Assembly: GCA_965248265.1 (NCBI GenBank)
Contig: CBDFJF010000002.1
Location: forward strand, 2,944,001-3,008,000
Reading direction: 5' to 3'
Length of the DNA stretch: 64,000 nucleotides
Source: Candidatus Latescibacterota bacterium
GTDB lineage: Bacteria > Latescibacterota > UBA2968 > UBA8231
This document shows, piece after piece, positions 47,469-57,069 of the stretch. The translations under genes were made by a program, and so were the position numbers. The first letter of the stretch is position 1, and each line of letters opens with the position of its first letter. The notes under the pieces are model-generated. The model worked only from the letters and a program-made list of their open reading frames with translations, had not been told where the DNA came from and did not search any database.

Positions 47469-50092
47469 AGCCTATCCGCCATCATGGTCCGGCCGCCGCC
47501 TGGCTCAGTCTCGGGTTGTTGGCGGTGCTGACCTATCACAACACCTTCGGCAACAGTTTTCACTTCGACGACAGTCACTCCATCGTCGACAATCCCCACA
47601 TTCGCTCGCTCGAAAACATTCCCCGGTTCTTCGTCGACCCAACCGCATTCTCGGTGATGCCGCAAGGGGCCATGTACCGGCCTCTGCTTCTGGTTTCTTA
47701 CGCAGTCAACTACGCAGTCAGCGGTTACGAGATCTTTTCCTATCACGTCGTCAACCTCCTCCTCCACATCGTCAATTCAGGACTGGTGTACCTGCTGGCG
47801 CTTCGCCTGCTGCGGTGCAGCCGTACGGCTTTGCTGTGCGGGGCTTTATTCGCTGTACACCCTGTGCTGAGCGAACCAGTCAACTATATAAGCAGCCGTT
47901 CATCGCTGCTGTGCACCCTGTTCTTCGTGTCAGCATTCCTCGAGTTCTGCAAGTTGACGGATCCGGGGGCTGCTCGCTGGCGGCGACTGACGGTGCTGGT
48001 GCTTTTTTCCCTTGCCCTGTTCAGCAAGTCGATCGCGGTCGGTTTTCCGCTGGTTATCGTCTTATTCCTGCTCATGGCTCGTCCACCCCACAATCCGTGG
48101 GGTACCGTCATTGCAACCGTCGTCGTCGACGCGATTTACATGCTATTGTCGCGGGGATTGATCGGCAAGGCAATGTTCGAGCCGGTGCGCGATCTGGTGG
48201 CGCATTGGGCGACACAGCTCAAGGCGCTCCCGTTCTACACGATGATCGCCACAATGCCTGCCCGTCTCAGTGTGGAACACCAGTTTTTCGCGGCAGCGGG
48301 GTTCTGGAATCTGGCTGCGGGACTCGGAGCGCTGGTTCTGGTCTCGGTTCTCTTATTGGCCTGGCGTACCCGCGCGAGATGGCCGGCGGCGGTGTTCGGA
48401 ACCGGTTGGGCCGTGATCGCCATCATTCCCTCGGCCATCGTGCCCCTGAATGTGCTCGTAAACGAACACCGGCTTTACCTGCCGATGGTGGGTGCTGTGC
48501 TGATGGTGGGAGAGGTGTTCCGGCATTCGAGGCGCAGCTCGTCCTTCGTCGTCGGCATGCTGGCGGTGCTCACGATCCTTACGATCCAACGCAACCACGT
48601 CTGGGAGACCGAGGAGAGTCTGTGGGCAGACGCTGTGCGCAAAGGACCGCAGATGGCGAGGCCGTACGTCAATCTCGGGAAGGCGCTTCTGGAAGACCCG
48701 CAGGGCCACCGCCTGCAAGAGTCCATCGACGTCAGCCGTCAGGCACTTATGATCAACCCGGCGCTGCCACGGGCTCACTACAACATCGGCACCGCGTACC
48801 TCAGACGCGGAGACCGAGAGTTGGCCGTCGCCAGTTTTGTCCGTGCGCTGGAGGGTGAGCCGGACATGATGGAAGCACACATCAATCTCGGTGTCACCCA
48901 GAAGGAGTTGGGTCGCCATACGCAAGCTCAAGCATCATTCCGGCAGGCATTGGAGATCGCCGATTTCGCCGAAATTCATCACAACCTGGGCAGCAGCTTC
49001 CTGGCGGCGCTGCAGCCCGACTCAGCTGCGGTCCACTTTCGCGCCGCCCTGACCAGAGACCCGGAAAAGAGAATCGCCTATGAAGGCCTGGCCAAGAGCC
49101 TTCGATTCGAAGGGCGCCATCGACAACAAGCGCTCGATGTGCTCTCGGTAGCGTTGGCGAAGTGGCCACGCGATAAAGAGCTATTGCTCCTTAAGGGTGA
49201 TGTGCACGCGGAGATGGGGAGCGAGGAGCATGCAGCACAGGCCTACCGAACGGCGAATCTCGGCGAAGTAGCGGTGCGTTTGCGACTGGGCTCAGCGGCG
49301 CGCAAGCGGGGTGATTGGACGGATGCCCGCCAGCACTACGAGACCGCGGCCGGTCAGACAGGATCTGATCCGCGGGTCCTCGGCGCGCTCGGCGAAGTGC
49401 AGTTGTTTGAGGGCAAGATCCAGGAAGCGCTGGGAAGTTTTCGTCGAGCCGCGCGTCTCGACCCCGAGTTCGTGTCCGCCTACGTCAACATCGGCCTGGC
49501 CAATCTCAAGCACGGAGGCCGTGCGCGCGAAGCGATTGCCGCGTTGGAGAGGGCTACGGAGCTGTCGCCACGGTCAGGCAAGGTGTGGGGGCTATTGGGA
49601 TGGGCGTACGATCAGAAGGGGGATGCTGAAGCGGCCATCACGGCGTACTCGCGAGCCGTTGAGTTGGCGCCGGAGAATGCGGAGCAGTACCACCGCCTGG
49701 GAATGGTCTATCAAAACCAGGGTGTATGGTCCGAGGCAGAACGCCTCTATAAGGAGGCATTGGTGCGCGATGGCACCCTGGCACAAACGCACTTCAATCT
49801 GGGATTCGTCTACCTCGAGCAGGAGCGGTTCGAAGAGGCGGTGACGCAGATCAAGGGTGTGCTGGAGTTGGACCCGGGCAACATAGACGCTTATTTGAAC
49901 CTCGCCTCCGCATACCTCGGGGTATCTGCTGAGGAGCGAGCCGTGACAGCCTACGAGCGTGCGCTCGAACTGATGGAGGAAAAAGACGCCAGACGCCCCA
50001 CGCTAATCACTCGGTTGGCAGTGTTAAAACAGACGATGGCTGCATCGAATCCTGACAGGGAATCCTCGACACAGTACGAACGTTACCGGTGA
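47465..50092 (+). CDS. TMTC-like GT-C membrane glycosyltransferase with C-terminal TPR array
   Basis: F.FDD...I..NP, YRPL, YH.VN..LH, LFAVHP..SE.V.YIS.RS, EHRLYLP, RN.VW.....LW.DA, then many TPRs. Confidence 0.85.
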   Translation: MKPIRHHGPAAAWLSLGLLAVLTYHNTFGNSFHFDDSHSIVDNPHIRSLENIPRFFVDPTAFSVMPQGAMYRPLLLVSYAVNYAVSGYEIFSYHVVNLLLHIVNSGLVYLLALRLLRCSRTALLCGALFAVHPVLSEPVNYISSRSSLLCTLFFVSAFLEFCKLTDPGAARWRRLTVLVLFSLALFSKSIAVGFPLVIVLFLLMARPPHNPWGTVIATVVVDAIYMLLSRGLIGKAMFEPVRDLVAHWATQLKALPFYTMIATMPARLSVEHQFFAAAGFWNLAAGLGALVLVSVLLLAWRTRARWPAAVFGTGWAVIAIIPSAIVPLNVLVNEHRLYLPMVGAVLMVGEVFRHSRRSSSFVVGMLAVLTILTIQRNHVWETEESLWADAVRKGPQMARPYVNLGKALLEDPQGHRLQESIDVSRQALMINPALPRAHYNIGTAYLRRGDRELAVASFVRALEGEPDMMEAHINLGVTQKELGRHTQAQASFRQALEIADFAEIHHNLGSSFLAALQPDSAAVHFRAALTRDPEKRIAYEGLAKSLRFEGRHRQQALDVLSVALAKWPRDKELLLLKGDVHAEMGSEEHAAQAYRTANLGEVAVRLRLGSAARKRGDWTDARQHYETAAGQTGSDPRVLGALGEVQLFEGKIQEALGSFRRAARLDPEFVSAYVNIGLANLKHGGRAREAIAALERATELSPRSGKVWGLLGWAYDQKGDAEAAITAYSRAVELAPENAEQYHRLGMVYQNQGVWSEAERLYKEALVRDGTLAQTHFNLGFVYLEQERFEEAVTQIKGVLELDPGNIDAYLNLASAYLGVSAEERAVTAYERALELMEEKDARRPTLITRLAVLKQTMAASNPDRESSTQYERYR

Positions 50093-50165
50093 CCAGAAAC
50101 TCATCCAGGGTGTAGATCTGTTGCCAACCAGGAGCAATGCCTGGCGCGATTCAAGGCTGATTTCG

Positions 50166-50195
50166 TTGACGCTGTTCCAAGCTGGCTCTTAACTT
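50166..50195 (+). promoter_or_regulatory. Candidate sigma70 promoter
   Basis: TTGACG-N18-TAACTT upstream of the 50252-hom-apgM-asd run. Confidence 0.4.
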
Positions 50196-50251
50196 TGGGT
50201 CATTCGTAAAGCCGAATGCAGAGCCTGATCACCCAATCCTGACAGACAACC

Positions 50252-50728
50252 ATGAATCTCACCGATCCGTGGAATCACCTGCTGCAACCCTTGTTCCAGC
50301 TGCATCCGCTAGATTGCGCGATGGAAAGACTGGTCGTGAGTGGCGGCGCTGACGATGAAGCGATCAGTACGGTCGAGTCTGTGTTGGAGAGTCCGTTGCT
50401 GGAGGGGAAGGCGACGCTCGAATCCGCTCTGTGGCTCTACATCGACGATCTGGACCGAAGTCATACCGTATCACAGGGAATCGAGAATTCCACCGGCTCA
50501 TACTGGCACGGAATCATGCATCGCAGGGAGGGTGATTTCTCGAACAGCCATTACTGGTTCAACAAGGTTGGGGCGCATCCGGCCATCGACCTGATCGACG
50601 GCTATGACCCTCACGACTTCATCGATGAAGTCGAGAAGCGCCACAGTGCTCAGTCGCAGGACTTGATCGCTCTGCAGCGGCGCGAGTGGCAGATCCTGTT
50701 CGAGTGGTGTGTACGTGAGGAGGAATGA
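50252..50728 (+). CDS. Conserved-looking hypothetical protein
   Basis: LWL..D.LD.SH..SQ......GSYWHGIMHRREGDF.N..YWF pattern. No function assignable. Confidence 0.75.
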   Translation: MNLTDPWNHLLQPLFQLHPLDCAMERLVVSGGADDEAISTVESVLESPLLEGKATLESALWLYIDDLDRSHTVSQGIENSTGSYWHGIMHRREGDFSNSHYWFNKVGAHPAIDLIDGYDPHDFIDEVEKRHSAQSQDLIALQRREWQILFEWCVREEE

Positions 50729-50732
50729 GGCA

Positions 50733-52052
50733 ATGACCCGAGCGATCAGCGTAGGTCTCATCGGTCTGGGAAACGTCGGCACAGGCGTCGTTCGCCTGCT
50801 GAGCGAGAATCCGGGGGCCATGGGCCGTCGGGAGCACGCAGACTTCCGACTGTGCAAAGTGGCCGTGGGCGATCCCGCGAAACCCAGGGAGCTTGAGCTG
50901 GCGCCGGGTGTCCTCACCGGCGATGCCGCAGACGTATTGACGCACGAAGAGGTGGATGTCGTTGTCGAGGTCACGGGAGCGGCCCCAGCTTACGAATGGA
51001 TCAAGACGGCACTGCAAAACGGCAAGGACGTCGTCACAGCGAACAAGGCGGTGATCGCAGAGCACGGCGAGGAACTGTTCCGGCTGGCGGACCGTATGCA
51101 GGCGGAGATCCTGTTCGAGGCGAGTGTGGCCGGTGGTATTCCCGTGATTCGCTCGCTGCGATCGGGTCTAGTGGCGAATGAAATCGAGTCGCTGTATGGC
51201 ATCCTCAACGGCACGACGAACTATATCCTCACGCGGATGACGAGGGGCGAAGGAGGGTACCGGGACATCCTCGCGGATGCGCAGGCGAAGGGGTACGCCG
51301 AGCCGGATCCGACCATGGACGTGAGTGGCATGGATGCGGCGCAAAAGCTGTCGATTCTCAGTCGCATCGCCTTCAATACCGGAGGCACGGCCAACGAAAT
51401 CTACTGTGAGGGCATCGAGAGGATTGAGAGCCGGGACATCGAATACGCCCGGGAGTTGGGATATACGATCAAGCTCCTGGCCATCGCCAAGCGCAACAAG
51501 GAGGTCGTGGAGGCGCGGGTCCATCCGGCTATGGTACCTTCGGAGTCGTTGCTGGCGAACATTCATGATGAGTACAATGCCCTGGAGGTCGTCGGCAGTG
51601 CCGTGGGTCGCCAGGTGTTTTACGGACGTGGGGCGGGACAGATGCCCACGGCGAGTGCCGTGGTCGCGGATCTTGTGTCGTTGGCCGAGCGCAAGAAGTC
51701 CGGCTCTGGTTCCTCTGTGGGCGATTTGATATCGGACGACCAGACGCCGAGGAGTTTCGCTGACATCAACTCGACACAGATCCGTTACTACATGCGGATG
51801 ATTGTGGCTGACCGTCCCGGGGTTCTGGAGCACACAGCACGAATCCTTGCCGAACAGCAGATCAGTATCGCCTCCGTCATGCAGCAGGAGCGTGACCTAG
51901 AAGGCGGTGCCGTGCCTCTCATCATCGTGACGCACGAGGCACGGGAGGCGGCCATGGCACAGGCCGTTGGAGAGTTGAACCTGCTCGACTTCGTGCGCGA
52001 GAATGTCCGACTCATTCGCATGGAGGATCTTGGAGAAGGCGGGGCGAGTTGA
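50733..52052 (+). CDS. hom: Homoserine dehydrogenase with ACT domain
   Basis: GLGNVG, VTANKA, FEASVAGGIP, GILNGTTNYIL, GYAEPDP, GRGAG..PTASAV and C-terminal ACT (DRPGVL). Confidence 0.96.
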   Translation: MTRAISVGLIGLGNVGTGVVRLLSENPGAMGRREHADFRLCKVAVGDPAKPRELELAPGVLTGDAADVLTHEEVDVVVEVTGAAPAYEWIKTALQNGKDVVTANKAVIAEHGEELFRLADRMQAEILFEASVAGGIPVIRSLRSGLVANEIESLYGILNGTTNYILTRMTRGEGGYRDILADAQAKGYAEPDPTMDVSGMDAAQKLSILSRIAFNTGGTANEIYCEGIERIESRDIEYARELGYTIKLLAIAKRNKEVVEARVHPAMVPSESLLANIHDEYNALEVVGSAVGRQVFYGRGAGQMPTASAVVADLVSLAERKKSGSGSSVGDLISDDQTPRSFADINSTQIRYYMRMIVADRPGVLEHTARILAEQQISIASVMQQERDLEGGAVPLIIVTHEAREAAMAQAVGELNLLDFVRENVRLIRMEDLGEGGAS

Positions 52053-53290
52053 AATACGTCGCCCTCATCCCTGACGGAGCGGCAGACTATGCACTCGATG
52101 AGTTCGACGGCCGTACGCCTTTGGAGGCTGCCCACACACCTCATATGGATCGCATCGCCAGAGAAGGAAGGGGAGGGCTCGTCCAGATCATCCCCCCGGA
52201 ACGGCCCGCCGGCAGTGATGTTGGCAATCTGGAGATTTTCGGATATGACACCAGGGTTCACTACACCGGTCGCGCGCCGTTGGAAGCAGCCAGCATGGGT
52301 ATCGACCTGGGTGACGGGGATATTGCGTTTCGCTGCAATCTGATCACCCGAGAGGGAGATACCCTCGTCGACTACAGCGCTGGCCATATATCCAGCGAGG
52401 AAGCCGAACAGCTGATCCGGTTGATCGGCGGAAGCTTTGGTGGAGAGGGTATCGAGTTTCATCCGGGCGTCGGTTACCGGCACTTGATGGTGTACCAGGG
52501 CGGGCCCGATAATCTCAGTAGCTATCCGCCGCATGACATCATGGGCATGTCGATGGCGGAGCACCTTCCACGAGGGGAGGGAGCGGACGAGATCCTGGCG
52601 CTGATGGATGCGGCCACGCCGCTGTTGCGGGATGCCGAAGTGAACGCGAAGCGAGTGAGTTCGGGCCTGGCGCCGGCAAATGGGATCTGGCTGTGGGGCT
52701 CAGGTCCCGCACTGACATTGGAGTCGCTGCATCAAAGGTTCAATCTGCACGGAGGAGTCATCTCAGCGGTCGATCTGGTGCGTGGCATCGGTCGCTGTGC
52801 CGGACTGGAGGTTATCGAGGTGCCGGGGATAACAGGCTACCTGGACACCAACTATGCCGGCAAGGCTGACTACGCCCTGGCAGCCATCGACGAGATGGAT
52901 TTCGTCTATGTGCATGTGGAGGCTCCGGATGAGGCTGGCCACAACGCCGATGCCGCCGGCAAGAAACAGGCCCTCGAGGATTTCGATGAACTAGTCGTCG
53001 GCCGCATATTGGATGGGCTCGAGAAGCTAGGAGAACCGGTGCGGGTCCTGCTCACGCCCGATCACCGCACGCCGATCGCATTGCGAACCCATAGTCGCGA
53101 GCCGGTTCCGTTCGTCCTGTGGGGGGCGGGCATAGAGGCTGACGACATGCAGGCATACAATGAGACCGCGGCTTGCGCTGGCGCGGTAAAGACCCTGGAG
53201 CATGGACATCAACTTATGGAGTTGTTGGTCGCCGGTGCCTCCGGGGGATCGCGAACAAGCAGTGAATTGGCAAGGAGTGAGGAGAGATGA
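52049..53290 (+). CDS. apgM: ApgM-family cofactor-independent phosphoglycerate mutase-like protein
   Basis: DGAAD, TPLEAA.TP.MD, GSDV, GRAPLEA, HVEAPDEAGH, PDH.TP, H..EPVP. Confidence 0.9.
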   Translation: MKYVALIPDGAADYALDEFDGRTPLEAAHTPHMDRIAREGRGGLVQIIPPERPAGSDVGNLEIFGYDTRVHYTGRAPLEAASMGIDLGDGDIAFRCNLITREGDTLVDYSAGHISSEEAEQLIRLIGGSFGGEGIEFHPGVGYRHLMVYQGGPDNLSSYPPHDIMGMSMAEHLPRGEGADEILALMDAATPLLRDAEVNAKRVSSGLAPANGIWLWGSGPALTLESLHQRFNLHGGVISAVDLVRGIGRCAGLEVIEVPGITGYLDTNYAGKADYALAAIDEMDFVYVHVEAPDEAGHNADAAGKKQALEDFDELVVGRILDGLEKLGEPVRVLLTPDHRTPIALRTHSREPVPFVLWGAGIEADDMQAYNETAACAGAVKTLEHGHQLMELLVAGASGGSRTSSELARSEER

Positions 53291-54336
53291 CGGACAAATT
53301 CAATGTAGCGGTGATGGGTTCAACCGGCGCGGTAGGTCAGGTGTTGCTGGAGCTGTTGGATGAACGCGACTTTCCACTGAACGAACTGCGCCTGTTGGCC
53401 TCTGCTCGTTCCGCGGGCAAGAGCGTGCCTTTCCAGGGCGATACGTTGACGGTACAGGAGCTCAAGGAAGACTCGTTTGACGGTATCGATATCGTTCTGG
53501 CCTCGGCTGGCGGTTCCGTGAGCAAGCAGTACGCACCATTCGCCGTAGAGGCAGGTGCCGTCGTCGTCGACAACACCTCCGCCTTCCGCATGGATCCTGA
53601 AGTGCCTCTGGTGGTCCCTGAGGTCAATGCTGACGATTTACTCGTTCACCAGGGCATCATAGCCAATCCGAATTGCTCGACCATCGTCATGGTGGTGGCG
53701 GTCTGGCCCCTGTACCAGCAATGTCGTGTGAAACGAATCGTGGTTTCGACCTACCAGGCGATCAGCGGAGCCGGCGCCCGGGCGATGGAAGAGCTGGAAT
53801 CTCAGACACGCGAGGTGCTCGCCGGTCATGCTGCTGTGCCCAAGGAGATTCCCCATCAGGTCGCCTTCAATCTGTTTTCGCACAATTCAGATATCGGGCT
53901 TGACGGTTACTGCGTGGAAGAGACCAAGATGGTGGTGGAGACGAGGAAGATGTTCCACGACGACGACATTCAGATCACGGCGACCTGCGTCAGGGTGCCG
54001 GTGATGCGGGCTCATTCGGAGTCGATCAACCTCGAATTCGAGAAACCACTGGCCGAGTCCGAAGCCAAGAAGATCCTGGCACAGGCTCCTGGGGTTGAGA
54101 TCGTCGATGATCGTGAGGCCAATCATTTCCCGATGCCGCTCGAGGCTTCCGGACATGATGACGTCCTGGTAGGACGGATCAGGCAGGATATTTCTCGACC
54201 TGATGGTACTGGGATCGACCTGTTCCTCAGCGGTGACCAACTCCGCAAAGGGGCGGCGCTCAACGCCATTCAGATTGCCGAGGTATTGATCGCCAAAGAC
54301 TGTGTGAAGGCTCGTTCGGAAGTGGCTGCCGGATAG
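53287..54336 (+). CDS. asd: Aspartate-semialdehyde dehydrogenase
   Basis: G.TGAVG, DN.SAFRM, VPEVN, IANPNCST, STYQA.SGAG, CVRVPV..AHSE, DQLRKGAALNA.QIAE. Confidence 0.97.
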   Translation: MTDKFNVAVMGSTGAVGQVLLELLDERDFPLNELRLLASARSAGKSVPFQGDTLTVQELKEDSFDGIDIVLASAGGSVSKQYAPFAVEAGAVVVDNTSAFRMDPEVPLVVPEVNADDLLVHQGIIANPNCSTIVMVVAVWPLYQQCRVKRIVVSTYQAISGAGARAMEELESQTREVLAGHAAVPKEIPHQVAFNLFSHNSDIGLDGYCVEETKMVVETRKMFHDDDIQITATCVRVPVMRAHSESINLEFEKPLAESEAKKILAQAPGVEIVDDREANHFPMPLEASGHDDVLVGRIRQDISRPDGTGIDLFLSGDQLRKGAALNAIQIAEVLIAKDCVKARSEVAAG

Positions 54337-54340
54337 TCGT

Positions 54341-55483
54341 TCAGGGCAGCTGTTTCACGCACACGTGGTCGATGAAGCGGCTGTAGAGATCGACCGCTTT
54401 GCGCAGCTGATCGAGTTCAATCCATTCGTCGACCGTGTGGGCCTGGGCGATATCGCCGGGGCCCAGCACGACCAATTGCTTCATTTTCGCCACGTAGCGA
54501 ACGCCATCCGTCCCGTAGGCGACGGTTCTGGGCGTTCGTGTGCCCGACAGCTTGAGGGCTGTTCTGACGAATTGGGAATCCGCGGCGGTGTACACCGGTG
54601 TGAGCTGTGACACAAGCTCGAACTTGAGACCGTGCTTCCGGGCGCACGCGCGCACGCGTGCCTTCAGCCCGTTGACATCGACACCGGGCATGATGCGGTA
54701 GCCCAATCGGCATTCACTCTCGACCGGATAGACATTCATGGCCATCAGGTGGTCGTTGATGCTCAGCGACAGCTCCGAGTGCGGGGGCTTGAATTCGTCG
54801 TTGCGGAAACGTTTGGCGCTGAGTACGTGGTCGTTGAGCTTTTTCATCTGCTGCAGAAAGGGGATCATCTTCATGTTGGCGTTGACACCCTTGAGCGAGC
54901 TGGTGTGCGCCGATTTTCCGCGTGAGGTCACGCGCATGTGCACGGAGCCCTTGTGAGCGTGGACGACGCGCAGTCGCGTGGGTTCGCAAATGAGACCGTA
55001 TCCGCTGGAAGCCTCGGCAAACAACTTCGATTTCTCCGTCACGTCGAGGGCCCCGAGCCCATTCACCTCTTCATCGGCTGTTACGATTATGTACAGGGGT
55101 GATTTGAGGTCCCTGGCACGGAAGCGGGCGGCAGCGCAGATCGAGGCGGCCAGCGGCCCCTTCATGTCGGCGGATCCCCGAGCATAGAGCTTGTCGCCAC
55201 TGACCCGGGCCTTGAACGGGTCACCGATCCAACCATCGGATTTCTCCGCCGGAACGGTATCGTTGTGACTGAACAGCGACAACCCACCTGCTCCGTCTCC
55301 GAGTTTGCCGACCACGGACAGCTTGTCGACCCCGTTCTTGTCGGTGTAGCCGAGGGCCTCAACGGTAAACCCCAGTGAGCGCAGCAGATCGGCGCAATAC
55401 TCCGTTACAGAAACGTTGCTCTCGAGACTGGGAGACCTGTAGTTTACGAGCTTGCGAGTTACGTCGACGACGTTCGGTTTCAT
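54341..55483 (-). CDS. M20 metallopeptidase, acetylornithine deacetylase (ArgE)-like
   Basis: SH.DTVP, RGSADMKG, DEE, EPT, HKG, G..AH.S, GPGDI.QAH..DE. Confidence 0.9.
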   Translation of the reverse strand: MKPNVVDVTRKLVNYRSPSLESNVSVTEYCADLLRSLGFTVEALGYTDKNGVDKLSVVGKLGDGAGGLSLFSHNDTVPAEKSDGWIGDPFKARVSGDKLYARGSADMKGPLAASICAAARFRARDLKSPLYIIVTADEEVNGLGALDVTEKSKLFAEASSGYGLICEPTRLRVVHAHKGSVHMRVTSRGKSAHTSSLKGVNANMKMIPFLQQMKKLNDHVLSAKRFRNDEFKPPHSELSLSINDHLMAMNVYPVESECRLGYRIMPGVDVNGLKARVRACARKHGLKFELVSQLTPVYTAADSQFVRTALKLSGTRTPRTVAYGTDGVRYVAKMKQLVVLGPGDIAQAHTVDEWIELDQLRKAVDLYSRFIDHVCVKQLP

Positions 55484-55638
55484 GCGCGTGCAGCCTTGTC
55501 GAGTGTGGGGGGGTGCGGCTGGTAATCAAAGTAGCGGCCGGCAACATAGGAAGCCAACTTGGGCTCCGCAAGAAAGCTGATTCCGCCACTGTCACTTCAA
55601 CCAGCACTTCCATACTGTTTGGAAAAAGGACGATGTGA

Positions 55639-56754
55639 ATGACGGATAACGATAAGGTCCGCTTTGGGGTTATCGGGTCGGTACGTCGCGGCGGCAGCTT
55701 CGTCACCAACCTGCTTGCCAATCCGGCGGCGCAGATCACAGCTCTGTGCGATATCCAGGCCGAACAGTTGAAAGCCTCGGCGGCGGAGAACGGGGTGGGG
55801 CGGACCTTTTCGGATGCCGAGGAGATGTTCGACTCGGGATGCATTGACGCCGTCGTGGTGGGCACCCCGATGCCCCTCCATGCCCCTCAAGCCATGATGG
55901 CGCTGGAGCGCGATCTGCATGTGATGAGCGAGGTCACCGCCGGCGTGTCGTTGGAGGAGTGCGAAAAGCTGGTGCGCACGGCCAGGCGCAGCAAGGGCAT
56001 GTACATGATGGCCGAGAATTTCACCTACATGAAGACGAATGTTCTGGTCAGAGAGATCGCGAGGTGTGGACTGTTCGGCGAGCTCTACTGGGGAGAGGGA
56101 GCCTACATTCACGAACTCAAGAAGCTCAACGAAGTGACTCGCTGGCGCCGCCGCTGGCAGACCGGGGTCAATGCCTGCACCTATTCGACCCACAGTCTGG
56201 GCCCGGTTCTGCAATGGTTTGCCCCTGAGCGCGTGGCTTCAGTGTGCGCAGTTGGTACTGGTCATCACTACCGGGATCCACGTGAAGAGGAATACCAGAT
56301 GGAGGATTCCGTCACCATGATGTGCCGGATGACGAACGGCGGGTTGGTCAACATCAGGGTAGACATGCTATCAGAGCGGCCGCACAACATGGTGCACTAT
56401 GCACTGCAGGGAACGGATGGCTGTTACGAGGGTGCGGACGGTTACAAAGGTGAGCCCAAAATCTGGCTGAGCAGCCGCAACGAAAAGCACGAGTGGGAGC
56501 CTCTATCGGCGTTGGAAGAGGAGTTTCTGCCCGACTTCTGGAAGCGGCCCCCGGAAGAGGCCGTTAAGGCTGGTCACGGAGGTGGTGACTACTGGGTAGC
56601 GCAGGATTTTATCAGCGCGATCAGGGAGGGTGGGGAGCCTCCCATTAGTATCGATCAGGCGATGGATATGACGCTGCCGGGGCTGATCAGCGAACAGTCT
56701 ATGGCTCAGGGGTCGGTGTGGGTGGATGTGCCGGATTCGCGTGCTTGGCGTTAG
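55639..56754 (+). CDS. Gfo/Idh/MocA family oxidoreductase
   Basis: TP...HA, SEV, YMMAEN, GE.....G.YIH, Y.THSLGP, GHGGGD. Confidence 0.9.
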   Translation: MTDNDKVRFGVIGSVRRGGSFVTNLLANPAAQITALCDIQAEQLKASAAENGVGRTFSDAEEMFDSGCIDAVVVGTPMPLHAPQAMMALERDLHVMSEVTAGVSLEECEKLVRTARRSKGMYMMAENFTYMKTNVLVREIARCGLFGELYWGEGAYIHELKKLNEVTRWRRRWQTGVNACTYSTHSLGPVLQWFAPERVASVCAVGTGHHYRDPREEEYQMEDSVTMMCRMTNGGLVNIRVDMLSERPHNMVHYALQGTDGCYEGADGYKGEPKIWLSSRNEKHEWEPLSALEEEFLPDFWKRPPEEAVKAGHGGGDYWVAQDFISAIREGGEPPISIDQAMDMTLPGLISEQSMAQGSVWVDVPDSRAWR

Positions 56755-56973
56755 GTGCGTCGCGCTGTGCCTTCGGGATCGGCTGTGGGCGCAGGAGCCC
56801 TGACGGGCTCCTGGCGCCGCTTGCTCGGGGGCCGAGAGAGTCGGCATCCTGCCTCCACTCTCGGTTCGCGACTTCGTGTCGCGAACCCCAGGAAACCCTG
56901 TGGGTTTCCTGGGGCCTGATCCCTCGCCGCGGCTCGCCCTGCGCCGAATCCCTGCGGCACACGCGACGCACCT
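56753..56973. repeat. 221-bp nested-palindrome element (MITE/REPIN-like or structured RNA)
   Basis: ~40-bp imperfect terminal inverted repeats (aggtgcgtcgcg...cgcgacgcacct) enclose four internal hairpins. Confidence 0.75.
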
Positions 56974-57069
56974 GCGCGGGAAAGGCAACTGCTAACCAAA
57001 CAGCTACCCCCAAAAACGACCCAACGAAACCAAAAACCCCCACATCCGCTGAACACCTAACCCCAACCC

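Noticed and set aside
47452-48858. 468-aa alternative-frame ORF and similar long shadow ORFs (e.g. 33503..34675, 59530..60657, 24164..25015)
   Set aside because: They fully overlap well-supported genes, lack motifs, and are expected in GC-rich or repetitive DNA.
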